Below, one piece after another: positions 17,608 to 26,027 of a DNA stretch of 49,722 nucleotides. The notes under the pieces were generated by a model, which was not told the DNA's origin, made no database searches, and saw only the letters and a list, made by a program, of their open reading frames with translations. Origin of the DNA: a virus. The DNA lies in the IMG/VR virus record IMGVR_UViG_3300045747_000037, positions 1-49,722 of that record, one strand, 5' to 3'. A program made the translations under genes and the position numbers. Positions within the stretch are counted from its first letter, which is position 1, and the number at the start of each line of letters is the position of its first letter.

Positions 17608-19266
17608 ATGAGTCTGCATGATCACGATGGACTATTGAAACTTGGTAATCAAGTCACCAATAGCAAAAACATTTCCTTGCAAGTAGAGATCTCTTCTGGA
17701 GACCTTGTGTTTTACAAGGGAGATACAGCAGAGATCTACCGTATCTATAACCAAGGCAATGCTAATCATAATGTAGCTAATGTTTGGCAGTACGGAGTAG
17801 TCGGTGGTGGAGCTAATGACACAGCAGCTATTCAAGCAGCGATCAATGATAACTATGGTGGATCGTTGTACTTTCCGGGAGGAAACTACTACACTACTGG
17901 TTTGACCATTACAGGAGAGATTCAACTCTTTGGAGATGGGTACTCACGTTCTGGGCTGTACTTGTATCCCGGCACTGCTAATGCTAACGTAGTACATGTA
18001 GTTAATAGCTCCCACTTCACTATGATGGATATGCTGATCTCAGGCAATAAGGCAGCATGTCCTTCTGGATACAGTGCAGTTCGCTTAGAAGGGTCCAATA
18101 CAGGTGCAGCTTTCTATCGGTGCTTCTTTGTCGACTCACATCTTGATGGATTAGCACAAGTAGATGTTTGTGACAACATTATCTTAAAAGATTGTATCGC
18201 TGAAGCCAATGATGCTTATGGCATTGACTTAGCTACAGCTAGTGGAATCATAGATAATTGCCGATGCGTAGTAAATGGAAGTGCAGGGATTGTTGTGACT
18301 GGGGATAACCTACAGATTACAAATAATCGTTGCTATGGTAATGGTAGGAATCAAAATGGCTCTGGTATCTCTGCTGTTGGTTCCGATTACCTTACCATCA
18401 CAGGTAACATGTGTTTTGGTAATGGAGTAGCCAGCACTTACTATGGGCATGGTATTGGAGTGAATGGGAGTACTTTCTATACCATTGCAGATAACTACTG
18501 TAATGGCAACATAGGCAACGGGATTGATGCAACACTCTCTAGCCCTAACGGAACCATAACGGGGAATGTCTGCTTTGCTAACTTTGATAATGGTATAGCA
18601 GTTGACTCAAGATCTGATTCTGTCACCATAAGTACTAATCACATTAGACTGAACTACAACGCAGGAATAAGTTTGTTTGCTTCTGCCTACTGTAGCATTA
18701 CTAGTAACATTATCCAAGAGAACGGGTTGAACCCAACTGCTTGTGTTTTTGCAGGATCAACACCAAACCCATACGGAATCTCTATGGTCGGATATGACAA
18801 TGGAGGAATCCCTTACTATAACTACTACACTATTATTTCTGATAACCAAATTATCTTTAATAACTATGCTGGGACTGGTGCTGGTATTTTCTTCCAAGAG
18901 GCAATGATAACGAAGGATTATTCTGTTACTTTAACCAACAATAACATTCTGTACAACACTCTACCAGTAACTTATGGTACAGGATCTTTAGGTACTGGTT
19001 CAAAGATAAGAGACAATCGTGGATTTGTTACGGAGAATAATGGTACGGCTACTATCACAGCGGCTCTTACTGCTGTTACAGTAACTCATGGATTAAGCTA
19101 CACACCTGCCGCCAAAGACATCACTTGGTCCTTAACCTCTGGTCCAACAAACGATATAGGCGATCAATGGATTACTGGCTTGACCTCCACACAGTTTGTT
19201 TTAAACTGTAGGAATGTTCCCGGTGCTGGTGGTGCTGTGTTTAATTGGAAAGCCTCAAGGAACTAA
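17608..19266 (+). CDS. Tailspike with right-handed parallel beta-helix (pectate-lyase-like depolymerase)
   Basis: DTAAIQAAINDNYGGSLYFPGGNYY, then tandem PbH1-type turns (ITNNRCYGNG, ITGNMCFGNG, IADNYCNGNIGNGI, ITGNVCFANFDNGI, ISTNHIRLNYNAGI). Confidence 0.8.
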   Translation: MSLHDHDGLLKLGNQVTNSKNISLQVEISSGDLVFYKGDTAEIYRIYNQGNANHNVANVWQYGVVGGGANDTAAIQAAINDNYGGSLYFPGGNYYTTGLTITGEIQLFGDGYSRSGLYLYPGTANANVVHVVNSSHFTMMDMLISGNKAACPSGYSAVRLEGSNTGAAFYRCFFVDSHLDGLAQVDVCDNIILKDCIAEANDAYGIDLATASGIIDNCRCVVNGSAGIVVTGDNLQITNNRCYGNGRNQNGSGISAVGSDYLTITGNMCFGNGVASTYYGHGIGVNGSTFYTIADNYCNGNIGNGIDATLSSPNGTITGNVCFANFDNGIAVDSRSDSVTISTNHIRLNYNAGISLFASAYCSITSNIIQENGLNPTACVFAGSTPNPYGISMVGYDNGGIPYYNYYTIISDNQIIFNNYAGTGAGIFFQEAMITKDYSVTLTNNNILYNTLPVTYGTGSLGTGSKIRDNRGFVTENNGTATITAALTAVTVTHGLSYTPAAKDITWSLTSGPTNDIGDQWITGLTSTQFVLNCRNVPGAGGAVFNWKASRN

Positions 19267-19267
19267 C

Positions 19268-20017
19268 ATGACTGGAACAATTAAGCTCTCTACACCTTCG
19301 GGTGGTTCTTTGTCTTTAGTTCCTGTTGATACAGCTACCAATGATGTATGGAACATAACTGCTGCTAGTGGTGGAATCACGTATCCCACAGTAGGGATAC
19401 CCGTATCTACTGGCTCTGCTTGGAGTACTTCCATTACCTTACCCGGTGGTACCACAAGTTTCTTAAGAGAAGATGGTGCGTTTGCAGTGCCAGCTAGCAG
19501 CATGACATATCCGGGAGCAGGTATACCAAATAGCACAGGGTCTGCTTGGGGAACTAGCTATACAACTACAGGTAGTGGTACTGTTTTGGCGTTGGCTACA
19601 TCTCCATCCTTAACTACCCCTGTTCTAGGAACCCCTACAAGTGGGAACTTAAGCAACTGTACGGCTGATGGTACAAATGCTATTGGTTATCTTCATGTCC
19701 CACAGAACTCTCAAAGTGTTGCTTACCAGACAGTTCTTACTGATGCTGGTAAACACATCCTCCATCCTAGTGCAGATACTACAGCACGTACCTTTACTAT
19801 CCCTGCTAATGGGACGGTAGCCTACCCTATTGGGACTGCCCTTACCTTTGTAAATCAGAATTCTGGTGGTGTAGTTACCATCGCCATTACAACGGATACG
19901 ATGAGGCTAGCTGGTGCTGGAACTACAGGGGATCGAACTCTTGCTGCTAATGGTATTGCTACAGCCTTGAAGTTAACTTCTACTGAGTGGATCATCTCAG
20001 GTACGGGGTTGACATGA
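19268..20017 (+). CDS. Tail fibre protein
   Basis: SD AAGGA before ATG 19268. Contains two YP..GIP.STGSAW modules and the LPGGTTSFLREDGAFAVP motif. Confidence 0.65.
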   Translation: MTGTIKLSTPSGGSLSLVPVDTATNDVWNITAASGGITYPTVGIPVSTGSAWSTSITLPGGTTSFLREDGAFAVPASSMTYPGAGIPNSTGSAWGTSYTTTGSGTVLALATSPSLTTPVLGTPTSGNLSNCTADGTNAIGYLHVPQNSQSVAYQTVLTDAGKHILHPSADTTARTFTIPANGTVAYPIGTALTFVNQNSGGVVTIAITTDTMRLAGAGTTGDRTLAANGIATALKLTSTEWIISGTGLT

Positions 20018-21294
20018 GTGGGGTAATGCAACTATTTGCTGCTGGTGGAAGTAGTGGGTCTGCGACTACCGACCCATATTGGGCGAACGTATCCCTGTTA
20101 CTGCACGGAGATGGAACAAACGGCTCAACTACGATTACTGATAGCGCCCCAACTCCGAAAACAGTCACGGCAGTTGGCAACGCACAGATTTCTACAGCAC
20201 AGTCTAAGTTCGGCGGAAGTTCCTTGTATTTCGATGGGACAGGGGATTACCTGTCAGTACCTGATAGCACTGACTTTGATTTCTTCTTAGGCGACTTCAC
20301 TATTGAAGCGTGGGTGTACGCTGTATCCCTAGCAAACTCTCCGATCATAGTCCACCAATGTAGCGCCAATTCGGGCCTCGTTATTGGTTGGTTTTTGGAG
20401 ATCGGGGCGAATACCGTCTACTTCGGAAACTCAAACTCTATCGGTACAGACTACGCCACTTTTACCGTATCCCTTACCACAAACACATGGACCCTCATTG
20501 CTGTGACGCGGGTTGGGGCTGTCCTAAACTGTTTTATAAACGGCGTGAGTCCGGGGGCGCAGACTAAGCCCACTGCTGTCAATAACGCAGATCAAACCGT
20601 ACCTTTTATCGTCGGTGGTGGGGGAACGATCTTTAGTGGACTCGACTTCAACGGTTACATCGACGACCTGAGAGTCACCAAGGGCGTTGCTAGATATACC
20701 GCCGACTTCGCCCCCCCGACACTCGCTTTCCCGGACGGTAGTCCCGCACTTACCTATGCTACTTTAAATCCTGCTGATAAACATGCTAATATTACCCTCT
20801 CTAATGGTGATCTTACTTGTACCAGTGCAGTAGCGGGCTATACTGCTGTGCGAGCTACTCAAGGTAAGAGTACAGGTAAATGGTATTGGGAGATTCATGC
20901 TGATAACCTTACCGCTGGTATACTTGTTGGTATTGGTAATGGCAGTATGACACTCAATAATTATGTAGGGGGAGATGCTAACGGTATAGGATATAACTCG
21001 TTTAATGGTAATAAGTATAATTCTACTAATGCTACTTATGGTAGTTCATGGTCAACTGGAAATACTATAGGTATAGCGTTAGACATGACAAATGGGAGAA
21101 TCTTTTTCTCAGTTAATGGGACATGGCAAAACTCAGGAGATCCTGTTGCTGGGACAGGATTTGCCTATAGTGGTCTTACTGGAACGATGTATCCTGCATG
21201 TTCGGCTTATAATGGAACTATATTAACTGCAAACTTTGGAGCTACTGCTTTTAGTTACACACCTCCTACTGGGTATGCAAGTGGGGTTTACTAA
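20014..21294 (+). CDS. LamG/concanavalin-like + SPRY (B30.2-like) two-domain receptor-binding protein
   Basis: LamG-type DFTIEAWVY...GYIDDLRVTKGVARY. SPRY-type GKWYWEI...GIGN...GIGYNSFNGNKY...GNTIGIALDMTNGRIFFSVNGTW. ATGA overlap at 20014-20017. Confidence 0.7.
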   Translation: MSGVMQLFAAGGSSGSATTDPYWANVSLLLHGDGTNGSTTITDSAPTPKTVTAVGNAQISTAQSKFGGSSLYFDGTGDYLSVPDSTDFDFFLGDFTIEAWVYAVSLANSPIIVHQCSANSGLVIGWFLEIGANTVYFGNSNSIGTDYATFTVSLTTNTWTLIAVTRVGAVLNCFINGVSPGAQTKPTAVNNADQTVPFIVGGGGTIFSGLDFNGYIDDLRVTKGVARYTADFAPPTLAFPDGSPALTYATLNPADKHANITLSNGDLTCTSAVAGYTAVRATQGKSTGKWYWEIHADNLTAGILVGIGNGSMTLNNYVGGDANGIGYNSFNGNKYNSTNATYGSSWSTGNTIGIALDMTNGRIFFSVNGTWQNSGDPVAGTGFAYSGLTGTMYPACSAYNGTILTANFGATAFSYTPPTGYASGVY

Positions 21295-21301
21295 TGAAAT
21301 T

Positions 21302-21372
21302 CTTGCGTAACTCCAAGTTGATTGGAAGTCTTTCGAAGGACTCGCCCGGTAGTTCAACGCAAGAAACCGGGC
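21302..21372 (+). promoter_or_regulatory. Structured intergenic RNA element with interleaved helices
   Basis: CTTGCGT (21302-08) pairs with ACGCAAG (21357-63). TCCAA (21312-16) pairs with TTGGA (21322-26). GCCCGGT (21344-50) pairs with ACCGGGC (21366-72). Confidence 0.45.
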
Positions 21373-21391
21373 ACCTATTTAAGGAAGTAGC

Positions 21392-22156
21392 ATGAGTAGC
21401 ACATACACGGTCACTAGGGATCAGATCATCGCTCTAGCTCTTCGCAAGATGGGTGTCTTGGAAATTGGAGATACACCAGACACCAACACTCTTAATAACG
21501 CTTCCATGTCTCTCAATCTGTTAATCAAACAGATGAGCACTGAAGGATTAAAGCTTTGGAAGAACTCCGAGTTGATCATTCCTCTTACAGCAGGACAGAC
21601 TACGTACACCTTGGGTGGTCCTACTAGTAGCCTGATGTATGACAGCTTGGCTCCATCTATTCCAATTACAGACAAGCCTTTGAAAGTTATACAAGGGTTC
21701 TATAGACGAACTACTGTTACCCCTGTCATTGATACACCAGTGATTCTGCTATCCAAGCAGGAGTACAACGTCTTGGGTTCCAAGTTCTCCACTGGTACTG
21801 CTAACAGCCTTTACTATAGTGTGAAGGTTCTTAGTGGGGTCTTGTATGTCTACCTCACACCAGACACTTACTCTCAAGGCAATTTGGAACTTCATCTTGT
21901 TGCTCAGATGCCTCTTAATGATGTCACTGCTTCTACTGATGTACCAGACTTCCCTAACGAGTGGATGAACACTCTTGTCTGGAACTTAGCTGATCAGTTA
22001 GCCATTGAGTATGGTGTCCCCATGAACTACCGCCAAGAGATCATGCAGAGGGCTATGCTCTATAAGGCACAGCTTACTGATTGGGATGTTGAAAGCTCTA
22101 GTACGTTCTTCCAACCAGACTTCCGCAGTGTTACTAATAACAGCTACGCTGGTTAA
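21392..22156 (+). CDS. Head-to-tail adaptor (P22 gp4-like N-terminus)
   Basis: TRDQIIALALRKMGVLEIGDTPD...SLNLLIKQM resembles my recollection of P22 gp4 (GDLVRAALRKLGV...). It lies directly upstream of the gp10-like gene. Confidence 0.5.
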   Translation: MSSTYTVTRDQIIALALRKMGVLEIGDTPDTNTLNNASMSLNLLIKQMSTEGLKLWKNSELIIPLTAGQTTYTLGGPTSSLMYDSLAPSIPITDKPLKVIQGFYRRTTVTPVIDTPVILLSKQEYNVLGSKFSTGTANSLYYSVKVLSGVLYVYLTPDTYSQGNLELHLVAQMPLNDVTASTDVPDFPNEWMNTLVWNLADQLAIEYGVPMNYRQEIMQRAMLYKAQLTDWDVESSSTFFQPDFRSVTNNSYAG

Positions 22157-22158
22157 GT

Positions 22159-23649
22159 ATGTCCACCGAACGCATTGCTCTTACCCAACCAATAGAGACC
22201 AGAGATGGCACTCTAACTAAAGACTCTCGCTCTACCAACTGTGTCTTTGAGACAAGGGATCAGAAGAGAGAGTTTATTAAGCGTCCCGGTCTAGTGTACG
22301 AGACACAATTAGTAGCTGTCACTCCTCCTGCGTACAAACTAAACCAAGGTCTTACTAGCTTCAATAGTAAGCTAATTGGTGTTGTTGCTGATAGTGGTGG
22401 TGCGAGTAGTACTGTTTACTCATATAACCCTCTCACTTCAGTTCAAACAGCTATTGGATCTTTGTCAACTTCTCAATCATTCGTCTACTTTACAAAGACT
22501 CCATTAGATGCCAACCTGTTCTTTCACAATAAAGTATCTGGGTACTTGTACACAAGTGGTGGTGTTTTTAGTAGTCCTGCTACCCTTCCTCCCGGTCCTT
22601 ATGTAGCTGGTACTGCTTTTTTGGATGCCTTTGTGTTTATTGGTACTGCTAATAATCGTATCTACAATAGTGCTTATCAAGACCCCTCCACTTGGGATGC
22701 TCTTAGCTACATAGCCTTTGAACAGACTACCGACACGTTGGTAGCTATCACAAAGCACTTGAACTACATCGTTGCCTTTGGTAAGGCAAGCACTCAGTTC
22801 TTCTATGACAACGGTACCTACACATCAACCACGACTCCTTTAGCTGTAGCCCAGAGCTATACGACAGAGATCGGATGTGCTCAAGGTGATAGTGTGGTAT
22901 CTACGAACAACACTGTTGTTTGGATGGGGTACTCCAAGACCAATGGTAGGTCCATCTATGTGATGGATGGTGTATCACCTATTAAGGTATCAAATCACAG
23001 CATTGACAAGATTATTGACAAGGACTCCTTAAGCAAGGTGTCTTCTTTTGCTTATAAGTTTGCTGGACATACTTTGTATGTACTTACTCTCCATGAGAGC
23101 TTGGTAACTATCGTCTATGACTTAGATGAGAAGATGTGGTACCAATGGACACAGTACTCCATTATGTCTAATGATCAACCTAATCCGGGTACTTACCAAG
23201 AGTCTTACTTTAGACCAGCCTTCTATGCCCAAGTAAACAACATCTCTTATGTCTTGGATGATGACACTGCCACTGTGTACCACTTTGATAAGAATTCTTA
23301 TCAAGATAACTCTCAATCAATCTACTGTCGCACTGTTACGGACATAGGTGACAACGGTACAACAAAGAGAAAGTTTTATGGAAGACTTGAGATTGTTGGT
23401 GACAAGGTTAGTGGTATTATGCAGGTACGCCACAGCGGAGATGACTACAACACATGGTCTTCTTACCGTTCTATAGACCTTAGTGCTTCTCGATCCCAAG
23501 TCTATCTCAGTGGCGCAGATAGACGCAGAGCTTGGGAGTTCCTTGTTACTAGTAACGTTCCTCTCCGATTAGACGGAGCAGAGATTGACTTCCGCTTGGG
23601 AGAACTAGATCAAGAACAGAACGTGGGTGGCGGTAATTACCGCCGTTAA
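22159..23649 (+). CDS. Tail hub / P22 gp10-like protein
   Basis: 496 aa. SPIKVSNHSIDKII...GHTLYVLTLHESLVTIVYD and the C-terminal LRLDGAEIDFRLGE are collinear with my recollection of P22 gp10. Confidence 0.5.
   Translation: MSTERIALTQPIETRDGTLTKDSRSTNCVFETRDQKREFIKRPGLVYETQLVAVTPPAYKLNQGLTSFNSKLIGVVADSGGASSTVYSYNPLTSVQTAIGSLSTSQSFVYFTKTPLDANLFFHNKVSGYLYTSGGVFSSPATLPPGPYVAGTAFLDAFVFIGTANNRIYNSAYQDPSTWDALSYIAFEQTTDTLVAITKHLNYIVAFGKASTQFFYDNGTYTSTTTPLAVAQSYTTEIGCAQGDSVVSTNNTVVWMGYSKTNGRSIYVMDGVSPIKVSNHSIDKIIDKDSLSKVSSFAYKFAGHTLYVLTLHESLVTIVYDLDEKMWYQWTQYSIMSNDQPNPGTYQESYFRPAFYAQVNNISYVLDDDTATVYHFDKNSYQDNSQSIYCRTVTDIGDNGTTKRKFYGRLEIVGDKVSGIMQVRHSGDDYNTWSSYRSIDLSASRSQVYLSGADRRRAWEFLVTSNVPLRLDGAEIDFRLGELDQEQNVGGGNYRR
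23545..23556. repeat. GTTACTAGTAAC palindrome, copy 5 (in the hub gene, read V-T-S-N)
   Basis: Exact string, in frame (LVTSNVPL). Confidence 0.95.
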
Positions 23650-23666
23650 CTTGAAGGAGAATTACT

Positions 23667-24686
23667 ATGCCTAGCTATGGTGGTGGTGGAGAGGGTGGGG
23701 GGGATGGAGTAGGTGGTGGTCCCGGTTCTGGTGGCTATGGTGTAGGCAATGGAGGTGGTGCTGCTGGTTCAGGTGGCTATGGCGGCGTAGGCACAGATCC
23801 TTCTGTTGCTAGCACTAACCCAACCACTAGCACTCCCACTGGTTTACCTTCCATGCCCGGATGGGCTACTGCTGGCTTAAGTTTAGCTGGATTAGGTCCA
23901 GCAGCAACAGCCTACAACGGAATTGCAGCAGTATCACACATGAGTACAACCACTTCAGACATCTCTGGAAATAAAACCCAAAACAACAATGGGCCTAGTG
24001 GCCCTACTGGTGGTGGCGGGGGAGGTGGCCCCTTTGATGGCAACTTATCCAACATCTTAGGCATTGCTGGGGGCATCAATGGGATTATGAATCAATCAGG
24101 TGGTGGTAGCAATAGCTACCAGAATGCTGCTGATCCTTTTGCTCCTTACCGATCTGGATTAGCTGCTTCGTACAACCAAGCTCTTACCCAAGGCAATCAA
24201 ACCGACATCACCAAGATGCCGGGGTACTCTCAATTCCAATCGGGGGTAATGAACCCTGCGCTTGAGGCTACACAAGGCAAACTAGCTGCATCTGGTATGT
24301 CCATGTCAGGTACAGAGTCCCAGTCTCTTAATAAGGTGGCACAACAAGGCTACTACGGCTTTATGACTGACTACATGAATCGGTTAGCTCAGGGTAGTGG
24401 TGCTGTTAACAACCCTGCTCAAGCTGCTGGCATGGGCTTTCAACAACAGAATCAAAACCAACAAGCTACTATGCAAGGCATTGGTGCTATTGGACAAGGG
24501 TTATCTGGATTGTTTGGGGGTGGTAGTGGTAACTACAGCCCGGATATGACCGGGTTCCAATCTCCGTATCAAGCTCCATCCTACACACCTTCATTTAGTA
24601 CACCCGATACTAGTGGGTTAGGAAGTGGTGGTTATGTCCCACCTAATGATCCCGGTAGTATAGATCCAGCTTGGTTCTCCTTTTAA
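23667..24686 (+). CDS. Gly-rich / Q,N-rich internal virion (ejection) protein candidate
   Basis: SD GAAGGAG upstream, a poly-Gly N-terminus, and a position after the hub gene as for P22 ejection proteins. Confidence 0.55.
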   Translation: MPSYGGGGEGGGDGVGGGPGSGGYGVGNGGGAAGSGGYGGVGTDPSVASTNPTTSTPTGLPSMPGWATAGLSLAGLGPAATAYNGIAAVSHMSTTTSDISGNKTQNNNGPSGPTGGGGGGGPFDGNLSNILGIAGGINGIMNQSGGGSNSYQNAADPFAPYRSGLAASYNQALTQGNQTDITKMPGYSQFQSGVMNPALEATQGKLAASGMSMSGTESQSLNKVAQQGYYGFMTDYMNRLAQGSGAVNNPAQAAGMGFQQQNQNQQATMQGIGAIGQGLSGLFGGGSGNYSPDMTGFQSPYQAPSYTPSFSTPDTSGLGSGGYVPPNDPGSIDPAWFSF

Positions 24687-24698
24687 ATTGGACAGACT

Positions 24699-26027
24699 AT
24701 GGCCTACCTAATGTCCGACATGGCTGCTGGGAGTGATGCAGCCTTAAAGATGCAGCAGAACATGGCTGCTGCTCCAGATGTGAAGCAAGCTCAAAGCAAC
24801 TTCATGCAAGAGCAACAGTTAAAGATCCAACAAGAACAAGCCAATGTAGAGAAGACTCGTCTTAGTAACATGGTGTCCGAGAGTGGCTTTCAAGCTTCTC
24901 AAGATGCTAAGGCCAAGCTACAAGGGTTGATGAAGACTCCTGAATGGCAGGGGGCTGATGATGCTGAACGTCTTCGTATGGCATCTCTTGTCCAGATGGA
25001 GACAGGTGATGTCGAGGGAGGAGCAAAGACTCTGCAAGCATCTGAAGTCTTTGATGCCAAGAAAGCTGCTGCTGAACAAAAGAAGCTTGATACCCAAGCA
25101 CAAATTATCGGCAATGCTTATGGTGTCTTGGAAGCTGTTCCCAATGACAAGGTGGATGAGTTCTTTGCTCGTATGCCCAAGGCACAACAGGATGCCCTAG
25201 TCTCTCAAGTTGGTAAAGATAACTGGGATGGTATGTCTGGGGAGCAGAAGAAAGCTGCTGCTAAGAACCTAATGATGAACGCTAAGGGGCAACTAGCTCA
25301 ACAGAAGTGGTTGGCTGACTTGGTTAAGCAGAAAGAGATTGATGCTAGTCGTGAGAAGGTTGCTGAGATTACTGGCAACAGCCGTATAGCTGCCAAGACT
25401 GTTGGTGTAGGTAGTGGTACATCCAAGACTGATTTGGAAGCCTTAAAGGTTTTTCAAACACAACATCAGAAGGATCAAGTCGCTTACAAGTCTCAACAGA
25501 CTGCCTTGGTTACTGCTTACGAAGCTGCTAACCAAGAGGTTGAGAAGGATAGGTTGTTTGGCAATCTCTTTAGTGCCAAGGATGATGCTATTGGTAAACG
25601 TGATGCCATTGGTAAACGTATCCAAGACTTTGAAATCAAACAACTCAAACGAGATGTAGAGACTGCTTCTCTATTGCCTCCCGGTTCTACCAAGACTAAC
25701 ATCATGGAAGAACTAAAGAGGCGTGGTGCTCTCTTGGGTATAGATGGCAAACAAGAAGAACCTTCTACTGCTAATGTCGAGGGTAATAAGGGACTTGATA
25801 TGTCCAAGGTTACTCCTGAGCAGAAGAAGATGATGGAGTCCCAAGATCCTCAAGCTATGGCTAGAGGTGCTGCTAGGTTTGAAGCTTCCAAAGGTGGGGA
25901 TGTTCCTAGTAACAAAGGCGAAGAAGAGATCAAGAAGAAGGTCGAAGCTTCTGGTCAGAAGTACGAACCTTCAAAGTACATGTACCGCATAGCTCCCGAT
26001 GGATCAGTTCAACGTAAGGCTAAATAA
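24699..26027 (+). CDS. Coiled-coil internal virion (ejection) protein candidate
   Basis: K/Q/E/A-rich. Contains an 18-bp tandem duplication (DAIGKR x2) at 25584-25619. Confidence 0.55.
   Translation: MAYLMSDMAAGSDAALKMQQNMAAAPDVKQAQSNFMQEQQLKIQQEQANVEKTRLSNMVSESGFQASQDAKAKLQGLMKTPEWQGADDAERLRMASLVQMETGDVEGGAKTLQASEVFDAKKAAAEQKKLDTQAQIIGNAYGVLEAVPNDKVDEFFARMPKAQQDALVSQVGKDNWDGMSGEQKKAAAKNLMMNAKGQLAQQKWLADLVKQKEIDASREKVAEITGNSRIAAKTVGVGSGTSKTDLEALKVFQTQHQKDQVAYKSQQTALVTAYEAANQEVEKDRLFGNLFSAKDDAIGKRDAIGKRIQDFEIKQLKRDVETASLLPPGSTKTNIMEELKRRGALLGIDGKQEEPSTANVEGNKGLDMSKVTPEQKKMMESQDPQAMARGAARFEASKGGDVPSNKGEEEIKKKVEASGQKYEPSKYMYRIAPDGSVQRKAK

Noticed and set aside
19214-19267. Upstream extensions of several track ORFs that overlap the preceding gene (19214, 19987, 15136, 5022, 5829, 31387, 16389, 37701, 39437, 48120, 48500, 47827)
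   Set aside because: These begin at alternative (TTG/GTG) or poorly placed codons inside the preceding gene. In each case a downstream ATG with an SD or an ATGA/TAATG coupling gives a tighter, non-overlapping gene model.
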